DNA of 42,872 nucleotides from Octopus bimaculoides (taxonomy: Eukaryota), in NCBI RefSeq assembly GCF_001194135.2, contig NC_068986.1:83717013-83759884 (forward strand), given 5' to 3'. Shown one piece after another: positions 10,783 through 24,293 of the stretch. Each line of letters begins with the position of its first letter. Position 1 is the first letter of the stretch. Made by a program: the position numbers and the translations under genes. The notes beneath the pieces were generated by a model, which saw only the letters and a program-made list of their open reading frames with translations, did no database searches and was not told the DNA's origin.

Positions 10783-12833
10783 ACCTACAAGGGACAGGCT
10801 CCTTATTTTTTGGTTAAGGCTGTTGGTAAGTTTTCCTAAGTTACTCTACTCCAGATCCCCAATGCAAACCTTCAGATCAACCTTCTTCTATGCAGATCTC
10901 TAATGCAACTTAAAAAAAAACCAGTCAATGAGAGGAAATAACCAATAAACTGATTCCTTATGGGATTTCCCAATCAAATTGCTAGCAAACCATTTTCAGA
11001 ACAACCCTGTATATTGAATCCTGTTCATATCTGCATTCATGAATCCTTAAGCTTTTGATGCTGCTAAACACTGAACCTGGTCAATCATTGTTGAAATTAC
11101 AGTTGTATGATTATGCACAACCCAGATAGAATCCTATTCATTTCTCACCACCTGGTCCCACCCTGTGTTATAAGAAAGCAAAGCAAAATGAAATGAAATG
11201 TAGAGCAACATTTTTTACAATTTTTTTAATAAATCTAAGACAAAGTACAAGACAACTATTAACTGAAAAGATAACGCAATCTAGCTCCAAAGAGAACAAG
11301 AAGAATAAGATATAGAAAGATAAAAAGAGAAAATAAAACATAACTATGGAGAAGTAAGATATAATCTCTAATTGTTAGCAACCTCAATTAAAACTACACC
11401 TTGAATGATGTGAACAGTAATGGTCTAAATAACAAGTTTTAGTCAAAAAAATTAAGGGCGACAACTTTGGAATATTAATTCAGTGAAATTAATTAGCCCT
11501 TAAAAGCTTGTAGTACCTTCTTTATATAAATCTCTCAATCTTATTAGAAACTACAGATTTTGACAAAATACAGTTAATTCAGGATAAAAACCATAAAAGA
11601 ATCTAACTATTGGCTGAATTTGGATGAAACTTGCTGAAATGATATACTGATTGTTAGTGTACGTTGTAAATGTCGATTTTGCCTGTTGTTATGTTCTTTC
11701 ACCTGCCTTGGTAGTTTGAATACAGTTAAGTTGGTTACATAAGTGTTTTAGCCTTATTGGACCTCATCAGTGATACATAGATTACTGTAAATCTTAGAAT
11801 GGCTTGTGAATTATATATATGACTGTGCAGACCTAAGATCAGAGACATTACAAATTTGTTAGATCACACAATCTAATATATAATTTCCTTATTTAAAGGA
11901 TAAGGTATGATTTGAAAGGGATTTCATCAGTGCTTCAAGCAGATAGAAGCATCCTTGTTTGTGCACCATTTATTGGTATATTGAAATGAAGTTTGGAATG
12001 TTATCAAATTATGATGAATAATACTATGACATGAAAATGGATGCTATTGTATCATGGCACCAAGTGGGTTAATTAAGGTATCAACTGAGTTACTAATATT
12101 TAGATTGCGATGAGCAGGGTTAGGGTTAGATTGTTAGATTTGATTAACTGATGACTCAATTTTCAGTCAATGTTGAGGACTATGAGGATTTGAAACTTGA
12201 AACTGTTGATTACGCTAATAATAGTCTGTATCATTTCAGCCAAGGTTAAATCAGTTTTGTATGGAAGACACTCATTCAACTTAATGAAAGTTGATCTGAT
12301 TCAGGAAAGTGACTGGCAATTACATTGATAAATTTCAAGTTTTATCTTTTAAAAATAATCTTCTGAAGTGTTTATCAAGAATGCTCAATGAGTTATAATA
12401 ATCTTCAAAATGTTGTACTTTACAAGTAACTTTTTTGTTGTTTTTTCTTTTGTATTTTGATTAAAAAAAAAAAATTAATATTAAATCTAAATTAAAAGGA
12501 AAGCAGATTACTGAATCATTGAAGCATCTTGTTTTTGTTGGTGCACTTGCCGTTAAGCAGCAAATAGCATGGATATGCATTTTGATGTGTTTGCTGAACA
12601 TAAGATGGATTTAGATGTGAATAGATTTATAAACAAATTTATGGATATGTTATCTTTTGTGATGAGTCATTAGTGATGGCACGAGAAACTAGTGAATATA
12701 ATTGACAATCCTGTTTTGAATTGTCTGTATACATGTTATTGATGTGTGTATTTATATGTGTATAAATATCATTATGTAATTGTAGAAGCCTTGTGTATTA
12801 TGCATTTTTCATTGCACACATGTGTCTTATATC

Positions 12834-12869
<36 letters not shown>

Positions 12870-12891
12870 TAGATAGATAGACAGACAGACA

Positions 12892-12928
<37 letters not shown>

Positions 12929-13009
12929 ACAGGCAGGCAGATATATGCAGACATACATATATATGCACATACATACAGATATATCCATATCATTATTTTA
13001 CATCTGCTT

Positions 13010-13330
13010 TCCATGCTACCATGGATTGGACAGGTGATCATAGTTCAAGTTAATTCTTATTGGAAGTTACCATTCTAGAAGAGTCAAAGTACCATGTCTT
13101 ACTTGTATGTTTCATTTTTGGTTTGGTTTAAATGGCTGGATACCCTTCCTAGTACCAACCACTTTTACAGAGTGAACTGGGTGCATTTTATCAGAGTGGT
13201 AGCACTAAAGAAGTTGTCATGTTCAGAACAAGCCTAAAGGGTCCTCTTAACTCCATGTCTCTGTTCTATGTTAACCATTTTACCAGGTTCTGGGTGGATT
13301 TCATAGTGACACCAACAGAAATGTGATTGC
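13010..13330 (-). mobile_element. Degraded SINE 3' part
   Basis: TTTCCATGCTACCATGGATTGGAC...GCTGGATACCCTTCCTAGTACCAACCACTTTTACAGAGT, reverse complement of the tail family. Confidence 0.65.
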
Positions 13331-13582
13331 CTTGCATTCCATAAGATTAGATGAGAGACGTCACTACTCTGTGATGAGTTTGTTCACTCAAATGTATATG
13401 GCTGAGGAGTTGAATAGAAGAGAGGAGAATGACTGAAAACCAGGATGGATTAGTGACAGGAGTTTGTATGTGATAGTAGAATCAGAGTAACTGGAGGTGG
13501 AGAGTAAGAGATGGGGCGAGAGAGTGATGAGCTGTAATAAAGGGAGATAAGAGGCAACCAATATGTTTGTATATGTGTGTGC

Positions 13583-13625
<43 letters not shown>

Positions 13626-14052
13626 CACACACACACATACACACATATGTGTGTGTATACACAATATCATGGAGGATCCTAGAAAATCCAGGTCTCTACA
13701 TAAACAGGACCGAGAACGCTGTAAATGATGCATAGCAGATGTTCTCCATCAGAGAACATCTTTAACTCCAGAATGGAGGTCTTCGGATCATGCTTACATT
13801 TCAGGAAATTCCTACTGGCCTATTGGAACCTTTAGGATAGCAGGGTCACTGGCGATTGATGGCCAAAGGGAGATAATCCGCTTTGTTGACATTGAGTAGT
13901 GGGGCCCTTTCCTTCTTCATATTCTGGAGAGGGCACATGCTAGACAGGCCTTAAGCCAATAGGTTTTGGGATCTAATGATATGCCATAAAGCTAAGCACT
14001 TTATGGATGTGAAACCTAAGGTAATCCCATAAACCAGCCTTACCTAACTTTA

Positions 14053-14093
<41 letters not shown>

Positions 14094-14101
14094 TAACAAA
14101 G

Positions 14102-14549
14102 GCAGCTATACACAATATAAAACCAGAAAGGTAAAATCCAGTGGTCACTAATTGTGACTGATAGTGCAGGGTAGCACCTACATTGCTAGAAATAAGAGTT
14201 AGAAAACCCTTTGAGCTGCAAAGAAGCACATGTCCATACACTGACGGGGTAGACAACTGCCCCACAGCAAGCAAGATCACTATACTAGTCTAGTTTTGCT
14301 TATAATTAAAGCTCATCAGTAGTGACTACTCCATCACTGGATGGTTTGGCCAAATTCTGACTCTCAGTATATAATATTTACCATTATGAATCAATGGCTG
14401 ATTCAGCAAAATGGTAATGTGAAAATTATAAAATAATGAGAGCAGCTATATGCAATATAAAACCAGAAAGGAAAAATTCATTTGTCGCTAATTGTGACTG
14501 ACAATGCAGGGTAGCACCTACATTGCTAGAAATAAGAGTTAAAATACCC
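14102..14549. repeat. ~108-bp direct repeat, 340 bp apart
   Basis: GCAGCTATA..CAATATAAAACCAGAAAGG...GCAGGGTAGCACCTACATTGCTAGAAATAAGAGTTA at 14102-14209 and 14442-14549, roughly 85-90% identical by eye. Confidence 0.9.
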
Positions 14550-14587
14550 ATATATTTATAAATATCTACAAATGTGTGTCTGTATGT

Positions 14588-15064
<477 letters not shown>

Positions 15065-15791
15065 ATATTATTTTGTTTAAAAGAGTTCCAACACTGTCTG
15101 TTTTTTATGTTTTATTTATATTCCTGCAAAACCAATGTGGGATATAGAATATGGAATATACAATATATAATATAATATACAATATATAATATAAAATAAA
15201 AATGGATGGTACAATGAAATAAAGTATTGAATGTCTTATTGAATATATGGAATATGTCTTATTGAATAGATGAAATATTGAGTGTTCAATATAAAGGATT
15301 AAATATATAAAGGCGAATACGTATTTTCTATACCTTGTGGTATTTCATCATGGCCGGTATGACAGACTTTAACAGACTGTTGTACCTTTTCTATTAGTTG
15401 GACCCATGAAAGGCACTCCTTTCTGAAATAGTGAAAATTATTGTTGTAATCTTTACTTCCACCCAACTTTCTTCAATACATTTTTTTAAAAATAAAAACT
15501 TATTCCTTTAAAAGTAGGTAATTGTAAGTTTTTAATGCCAGAGCAGACTGATCAACCTTACTATTCTAAGTTTGGTCTTTCCATCAATTAATGAGATACA
15601 ATATATCCAAATTTGACCTTTCTTATCTTAAAATTAAGTATAGTACATCTAGGATGGTATAATCCAAAGTGCCTTTTTTATACTTATTTATTTTTTTTAC
15701 AGATGTTAGGTGTGATTTGGAGAAGATGTGGATGTTAATTCTAGTAGGCTGATCAGGCATATAGAATCAGAGATAAAGAGACCCTCTCTAT

Positions 15792-16026
15792 CAGTGTTTC
15801 TCAACCATTTTTTACCTATGGCTCCTTTTCATTCTTATTTTACTCACATGGGCCCTTCTAGCCATTTGATGTTAAAAAAAAAATTTATATTTTTATAATT
15901 AGATATCATTAGGAATTGTATAAAAAAAATTGTTAAAATATTTTGTGTATTGTAGAAGTATAATCAATTTGATGCAGATAAACCTTAACAACAAAATCTT
16001 TTATGGACCCTAATTGAGAACCACTG
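15792..16026. mobile_element. hAT-Charlie-type MITE (235 bp)
   Basis: 13-bp TIRs CAGTGTTTCTCAA / TTGAGAACCACTG (1 mismatch); 8-bp flanks CTCTCTAT (15784-15791) and CTCTATAT (16027-16034), 7/8 identical and close to the Charlie NTCTAGAN target. Confidence 0.8.
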
Positions 16027-16293
16027 CTCTATATGGTTGCTCAATTATCTAGCAGTAGCAGCCATATCATCTTCAAATCATTTCTATTGTTTTGAAGAAA
16101 AAGGGATACGTACAAGATAATGTTGTCTTCAGTAATACTTTCTGAAAACCAAAAGATCAGATAGTCATGAATGTAATGACTTTGATTATAGATCTGTTCT
16201 GTCAAGATTTAACATAGAGCTAAACAACAAATAACTACATAAAGGTTCTATGGTTGTCTCTTAATGGTAATTGGTTTCTACTTGCTTACTTAG

Positions 16294-16297
<4 letters not shown>

Positions 16298-16335
<38 letters not shown>

Positions 16336-16375
16336 GTGTGTGTGTGTGCGTGTGTGCGTGTGCGTGCGTGCGTGC

Positions 16376-16417
<42 letters not shown>
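16298..16417. repeat. Compound (CT)n(GT/GCGT)n microsatellite
   Basis: Direct reading. Confidence 0.95.
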
Positions 16418-16419
<2 letters not shown>

Positions 16420-16782
16420 TTGCTTTCCATCTGTAGCCTGACCTGTAGCAAGCTAAGACCTGTTAGCAAGCTATACAAATGTATCTCTTATATCTTCTTC
16501 AGTGTCAATTAACTGACATAAGGAATTGTTTTGTTCCTCTGAGGTCTGGCATTAATATTACTATTGTCAGCTTGCTGGACTTAGTGCCAATGGAAGAGAA
16601 GTGGACTAGATTATTTATAGTTATTGTATCTTGTTCAATGCCTTGTAGTTGTGAATTCAAATCCAATTGTAGTTGATGTAACATTGATTTCCCAAGAGAT
16701 GTTGAAAATCTTCCCTTAAGAGAATGTTTGATTCAACTTATATTTTTACACCATCCCACTGCTACAACTTGAGCAAAGAGAG

Positions 16783-17002
16783 ATTCTCTATATTGTTGCT
16801 TGACCTGTTAGAAATAGCGACCAAGTCTTCTACAAATCAAACCCCACCATTTTCAACAAAGAAGGCATTGTTTAATATAGTCCTAGGACTATATTAAAGA
16901 AGGACTATATTAAACAATGCCTTCTTTGTTGAAAATGGTGGGGTTTGATTTGTAGAAGACTTGGTTGCTATTTCTAACAGGTCAAGCAACAATATAGAGA
17001 AT
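16783..17002. repeat. 102-bp near-perfect inverted repeat (fold-back hairpin), 16-nt spacer
   Basis: 16783-16884 is the reverse complement of 16901-17002 except one position (G16819 opposite T). Confidence 0.95.
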
Positions 17003-18989
17003 GAGAGGGTGGTCAGTGCTAGAATGCTTTTGATCATAAGTTTACTTAATTAACCCTTTGCCTGTCCAAAGCATTTTCATAAATTCGACCTAAATATCTA
17101 TGCTTGTTTTCAGACTTTTAGTTACCCTTGTTTCATACGTTCTGAGTAATACAACGCCTTCAGAAGTTCCAAGTTACTCTGGTGGTTTAAAAAAAAAATT
17201 GAGAATGTGTATCATATATGATGCATGGACACCAGGAAAATATGTTTTATGTATCACATGTGACACACAAGAAGCAAAGTGTTATGGTTGACCTTGGCTT
17301 AAACGACAACTATCAGCACTGTCAGAACAATTGTAAATATAGGAAAACACAGTATGGCACTCAGTTTATGAAATATCCTATAATATTGTTTAATGATTTA
17401 CATATTTCATACTCTCTACTTCATTGGCAGCAATATTACCTTCTTCCATTTCTTACAGAATTTGGTTTGATACCACAACCACATGTCATGCCATAACCCA
17501 ATGGTAGCTGAACCACTAACCCAATAAGTAATCATCATCATCACCACCATCATCATTTAAGATCTGTTTTTCATTCTGGTGTGGGCTAGACTCATCAACG
17601 TGTCTTGAAACTCAATAGCTAGTTATTAGTTCTTCTATTTTTACCTTAATGTCCAATTACAAGAGTGTATATATTGTCAATTCATTTGGCAATACCAAAA
17701 GTATGCCCATTGTTATTTAATTAGATAACCAAGAATGTGCCCATTATGAATTCACTGAATAATATCAAGAGTGTACTCCTTGTAAATCTTAGTGATCTTT
17801 GTTCCTCTGTGATAGAATCATTAATAACAGTGTTTCTAGTGATTAACCAATTTGGCAGAGCAATACTTGTAACTCACTGGTTAAACTGAATGATGGCTAT
17901 GATTGTTTGATCAATGAGAGCTTTTGCTGCTAACATGACTGTACTTGTGTATTGATCTTATTGATGTTATCTTCTAATATTGTAATCGTCAAGCTATGTC
18001 ACATTCTGGCTGATTGTTGTTGTTCTTGCTCAACCACAAATCCACTTTGATTGAGAAGAAGTGTGATCACAAATATTACAGCCATAACTAGCCAATCTTT
18101 TTTATTCAGAAAGTATATCCAGGACTACGCTTTTCAATGTATTCCCTCTTTTTAAGACAGTAGAATGTAGTTTGAAAACTATTTAGCTGTTGTTTCTTGC
18201 AGATCAAATTATTTGCATCAAGGTTTCCTTGGTCTGGCTGGTAGACTAAAAAGGTGCTCTTACTTAGTAAGATCTGCACTCAGACAAATTATTGTTTTAA
18301 TAATTTTCTATACTTGTCTATCAGAGAAGCAGGGGTGGGGTAGTGCCAATGACCTCTACATTTACAGGCTCTCTCAGCCTGGTAAAATTGATGCAGCTGA
18401 TGTTCAACATAATTATTTGTTGGATAGTAGAGAGGAGTATGTAGTTTGCTGGTTCAGAAGAGCAGTGAATGTGATAGCTCTAGAAGTAGAGGCAATATGA
18501 AAGGAAACAGCTAGTAGTTGTTGCATGATAGAAAGAATTTTTTTTTTGTTTACATTCTAGGTATAGGCAAGGCTAGGTAGTTAAGAAACTCACTTTGTAA
18601 CCGTGTTGTTTCAGTTCAGGTTCAGTCCCCTGTGCTACACTTAGGTAAGTGTCTTCTACTAGCCCTGGGCAGACTAATACCTTGTGATTGAATTTGGTAC
18701 ACAGGAACTGTGTTAAAGCTAAAATACCCTCAACCAAGATCTGATGAGTTGAAGAACCACATCATGCTCCAGTGTCTGCTTTAGGTTGGTTTTTGTGGCT
18801 TGACATGTAACTTTGTGGTTGTTCTCTGCCTTGGCTTGGAGAGCATTGTTGGTTTGTTTACATCCTTACGACTTTTTAGTTCAGCAACAAGACCAATAAA
18901 ATAAGTACCAGACTTAAAGATAAGTACAGTGGGGGTGGGCAGTTTGTTTGACTAAACCCTTCAGATACCGGTGTCATGCAAGTTGGCAC

Positions 18990-19215
18990 CCATGCCAGTG
19001 GCACATAAATGCACCATGGTGTCATGCAAAAGTACCCATTACACTCTCTGAGTGGCATGTAAAAGCACCCATTACACTCTCTGAGTGGTTGGTATTAGGA
19101 AGGGAATCCAGCTATAGAAAATCATACCAAATCAAACTAGAGTCTGGTGCAGTCTTCCAGCATGCCAGCCCAGTCAAACTGTCCAACCCATACCAGCATG
19201 GACAACGGACGTTAA

Positions 19216-19265
<50 letters not shown>

Positions 19266-19266
19266 A
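18990..19266 (+). mobile_element. SINE 3' half with a 33-bp internal tandem duplication and (GAT)n tail
   Basis: CATGYAAAAGYACCCATTACACTCTCTGAGTGG twice (19023-19055, 19056-19088), then ...CCATACCAGCATGGACAACGGACGTTAAAT(GAT)n. Confidence 0.8.
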
Positions 19267-19688
19267 ATGCTTGTATGTGTTGTATTGTTTTTGGAAATGA
19301 GGTTATTTGCTTAATGAGCTATTCAATTGGAATTACTAAAGCATTACAATTGACTGCATGCCCTTCAGTATGCTAACAACTCAACTGAAATATGTGTGGT
19401 ATCTTCAGCTAATTCAATTGAGCTTATTGAATAATGAGATGGTATACAGCATCACTACTAAATAAATAAATAATCATTTCTTTGCAATCAAGCTGTCACA
19501 AGCCTTCAAAGAGCTCCTGGCTTCTTCCATGTATGTTTTCTGTAATTGTTACAGCTGCTGCTACAGGATTGGAGTACCCTTTTTAAAAGTATTAAGAGGG
19601 ATATAGTTGTGTGACAAACATTACATATATTATCAAATATTAATCAGATTGATCATTTTCTAAGTAACACTAATGTATTCATATATCT

Positions 19689-19868
19689 TTAACCCTTTTA
19701 CATTCAGATCACTCTGTCCAATATAAAACTTATTTATTTACATTGTTTTGAATTAATCATAAATTAGCTCATACCTTTAAGATTTCGAAGATATTGCTTA
19801 TTTTTAGAATGAAATTGTTGGGTAGGTAGTGAGAGGGCAGATCTGGCTGGTTTAAATGCTAGAATTAA
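19689..19868. mobile_element. piggyBac-like MITE, degraded right end
   Basis: TTAA-CCCTTTT at left (19689); right end TTTAAATGCTAGAA-TTAA (TTAA at 19865-19868) is a decayed TGCTAAAGGG-TTAA; non-coding AT-rich interior. Confidence 0.55.
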
Positions 19869-20203
19869 CCCGAATTTCACTTGGTATAACCGACAGATTT
19901 AACATGCCTCATTACCAAGAAAGAACCAGTTATGAGAGGTTCAAACTAGGCTTATGCATCTGCAGAAGGAGACAGCTAAATTGCAGTTGCTTATTGAATT
20001 TGGCAGCATTTTATATATTTTATAGGCTTTTTCTTACCCCACTTTATCAGTTATTCTGCATCTCTGTCTCATACACCTATCAGCTACAGTATATTCTTTA
20101 CTGTTTATTTGTAGCCTCATATATTCTATCCTCTCTTCCAGTTGTTCTGTATTGCAGTCTATTTGTTGCTTTGCTTTTTATCTCTGTTTTTGTGTGTATG
20201 CGT

Positions 20204-20206
<3 letters not shown>

Positions 20207-20296
<90 letters not shown>
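20207..20296. repeat. (CA)~45 microsatellite
   Basis: Direct reading; a second (CA)~44 lies at 21001-21088. Confidence 0.95.
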
Positions 20297-20300
<4 letters not shown>

Positions 20301-20997
20301 TGCCAATTGATGTATACTCTCTATAAACTTCTCTCACTCTCTCTCACCATATATCAATCTTTTCATAATTTCTTGTTAGTTGCTGTACACCTATTTTCTC
20401 TTCAAATCTCATTACTCTCTGGTTATTAGATGCTTCTCTGTCAGCAGTATATTCATTTATACCAGTTATGGTAGCTCGCCTGTTATACTCTATCAGACAT
20501 ACTATACTCTATTCTCTGTATATCATCAATATACTTTCTTTTTCTTGAAACTTTCAGTTGTGTGTCTATTTCTTTGGATCTTTAGATTTTGTCATAAATA
20601 ATCCACTCTCATCTCATAAACATGCCTCCTCCCCTCATGTTAGTCAGTTATGTATGACTCTCTCTCTCATTAAATGTATGTCTGTGTATATTTGAGGTCT
20701 GTTTGGGTGCTACTCCATCTTTATGGAGACATTATACAGTTATCAGTTATCAAGCATTTTTCTCTTCCCTCAATCACATCCAACATTCTGGTGTGTGTGT
20801 GTACACATAGTTTCATTAACATAGCATTTGCTTAGACCATCACTGGAATGCCTTTTAAATGCCACTCATTTTGTGATATACATTATGATTCTTCATTTGA
20901 AAATGTTATACTCTTGTCCCAATGAACTATACTGAATATCTTGATAGTATTTATCAAATATCTTTCAGTGATACACTAGCTCTTTTGCACATGCATG

Positions 20998-21090
<93 letters not shown>

Positions 21091-21826
21091 CCATGCAATA
21101 AAGGGCACTGCTTAAAGAAAGGTTCTCTTTCTCCTTATGATGTCTTATAAATAATATAACATTTTCTATATGTAGATAATAATGTCACTTACAGAATCTC
21201 TTGATTTTCATTATTAATGTTCTCTTTTCTGTGTTATTTAGCCCCAGGTTTTTCCTGTTTGAGCAAATCTGTTATTAATCATTCTCATCTTTCTTTAAGG
21301 TTTAATCTATTTAGGTCTATGTTTACTTGAGGGAGATTTAGTTGCTATTTCAAGCAAAGTCAGTGACCACATAAATGCCCCTCTCATTTTGTGTCAACTT
21401 GTTTCTGAGGATTTCTATTCAATTGTAGCTAGATCTAACTGTTCATCATAAAATCTGACTAGGTCTACTTTTACATAGGTACTGCACTACTATCAACTCT
21501 ACACCCTACGTCTATCTGCCATTCTCATTAACACTGCATGTCTATATCATTGTTAAACATCTTTATTGGGTATATTAACTGATATTTGTGGTGGTGTTTA
21601 TTATTGTTGTTAAACGAAGATCAGCACCTATGATCAAGGATTAAAGTAAACCTATGATTAAAATGTTACAGCCTATTATGTTTTTTTCAGACCTCCTGTC
21701 TCTTATAACTGTATTAGCCAATGTGCCCCTCCTTTTTTAAACAGTAAAGTATGATTTAAAGAAGAGTTGGACATTCTTTCCAACAGATTGAGCAATCACA
21801 GATATTTTGAGATATGTATGTATGTA

Positions 21827-21887
<61 letters not shown>

Positions 21888-22200
21888 CGAAACAACNNNN
21901 NNNNNNNNNNNNNNNNNNNNNNNNNNNNNNNNNNNNNNNNNNNNNNNNNNNNNNNNNNNNNNNNNNNNNNNNNNNNNNNNNNNNNNNNNNNNNNNNNNNN
22001 NNNNNNNNNNNNNNNNNNNNNNNNNNNNNNNNNNNNNNNNNNNNNNNNNNNNNNNNNNNNNNNNNNNNNNNNNNNNNNNNNNNNNNNNNNNNNNNNNNNN
22101 NNNNNNNNNNNNNNNNNNNNNNNNNNNNNNNNNNNNNNNNNNNNNNNNNNNNNNNNNNNNNNNNNNNNNNNNNNNNNNNNNNNNNNNNNNNNNNNNNNNN

Positions 22201-22233
<33 letters not shown>

Positions 22234-22339
22234 CAAGGAAAGAATAAAAGAACAACCATGTAGTGCTCAGAGAATGAGCTATATGGATAATATAGGCATC
22301 GATAGAAGACACAAAATTCAGGTAATCGATAAACAATTT

Positions 22340-24293
22340 TCTTTTATAACATCAGAGTACCAAAGGCAAATCTCATAAAACCGTAAAAAATATATATGCA
22401 TGTACAAAATTACACAAAGATACATAAAAATATACATATGAACATATAAAAATGTACATGAATATATAACGAAAATATAAAAAGGCATGCAAGTGCCTGA
22501 ACTTGGTACATCCATGTTAGAAACAAGAAGGAAGAAAGTTATAGATACATGGACAATATGTGACAATATACATAATTAATTAAAGATATTAAAAGTATTC
22601 CATGGTGGAGATAAAGTCTAATACTCATCCTACGATTGTTTGAGGAAAATGTTACTGGTATTCCTATCCATCTCCCATATATACAGTTCCTTTATCAGGG
22701 AACACATAATAGACTTCCTCATTTGGAATAGAGAGAATGGAAAAAATATAACACGTTGAATGGACAAGACAGCAACTAACTCTAATAAATAGATATGAAC
22801 TATAAGAGAGGTTGTATAGAGTTAATGTATTCATTATATACTAGGGTTGAATCTATTAGTTTAAAATTTATATACAAGTTAGCTATTATTAATAATTTAG
22901 TTCGAAAAAATTTTTTAAGTTGAAAGGTATTTATGCCTACAAACTATTAGTGCTTCAGAGATCTTATTTAGCAGGAGTTTCCTATTAGTGCGAAGGATAT
23001 TAACAGACTCTTTTGTACATAACTTACAGATTTTTGTATTTGTATTATGTGAAGTTGTTCCAGATGTTATTACCCAATCTAATTTATATTCAATATTTTG
23101 TTGTTTCAATTGGTTTATGTATATAGATAGTACAGTTGAATTCACAGTTTTGAGATTATAAAAGAATTTACGTGTCCCCGACATCTTGTCTTAAAATCAA
23201 CTGTACTTCCTGTATAAATTTTCTTAGATTCACTGGAGGTAGTAATCTCACATTTATATACAACATTTTTCCTTAAAAAAAACCTTTTAAAGAGCAGCCT
23301 TCACGGGAATGACAATTACAACTCTTGTTTACAGGTTTCGATTTATTGTTTCTATTATCTATTACCGTCTCAGTATTAATATTCTCTAAACTAAGTTCGG
23401 TAGGGTCTGTTACCCATGGATTATTTTTAAGTTTATGTTTGTTATTAGCCACAGCAATAGAGCCCAAGTTTGGTGTTAATGAATATGATAATTTTAATGT
23501 AGATCTGTTAAAAATAGGGTGATATTTATGGTCCTTAGGGAAGTTTTTTTCCATAATCTTGAAAGAAATTTTGAGATGGTTTCTAATTTGAAGTGAGAAA
23601 GGCATGGTGAACCATAAAATTACCCTTTTTCTAGAAGTACTTTTATTAGTTTGTCTATAATACTGCTGCATTATTTCTATAATTATAACTAAAGGGTCTA
23701 TAAGAACTTCTATATCTGTGGTGAGATTGTTCATCAACAGAATTCCTTAACAAGTTATTGGTACTTGATTTTGCTATATCTGGGTATAGTTTATCTAATT
23801 TATTTTTAAGTATTGTGTTTGGTATGTAATAAATACTCTTATCAAAACCGCTATTCCTCAGTGCAGTATTATACAGGGGTGCGTGATTATTAAATATTCA
23901 TTTGTTAGCAGATAAATTTGACATTCTAATAGACACCCCTTTAATTATCTCATTTATAATCCTTGGTGGGTGATTTGATAGACAATTAATATATCATTCT
24001 ATTTGGTTTATGATAAGGGTAATATAACCCATTATTTAAATTTAGAGTAATGTCTAGAAAATTTACTTGTTTTGCTATATTTTCAAATATTATATCCAAT
24101 TTATACCTCTTCTTGTTTCTAACTCAAATGTACCGGGCTCAGGTACTCACATACCATTTTATATTTTCGCTATATATTCATGTACATTTTTATATGTTCA
24201 TATGTATTTGTATGTATATGTTTATGTATTTCGGTGTAATTTTGTGCACGCATATATGTTTTTTGCAGTTTTATGAGATTTGCCTTAGGTACT

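Noticed and set aside
12167-12244. Possible 78-nt phase 1-1 plus exon (NVEDYEDLKLETVDYANNSLYHFSQ)
   Set aside because: Acceptor TTTTCAG is fine, but the donor GTTAAA is weak, no homology is recognised, and no partner exons were found.
22915-24105. Selenocysteine (TGA) recoding as reported for some Naiad PLEs
   Set aside because: The conserved Cys positions I translated are ordinary Cys codons; the in-frame TGA noticed (~23910) is at a non-Cys position, consistent with decay.
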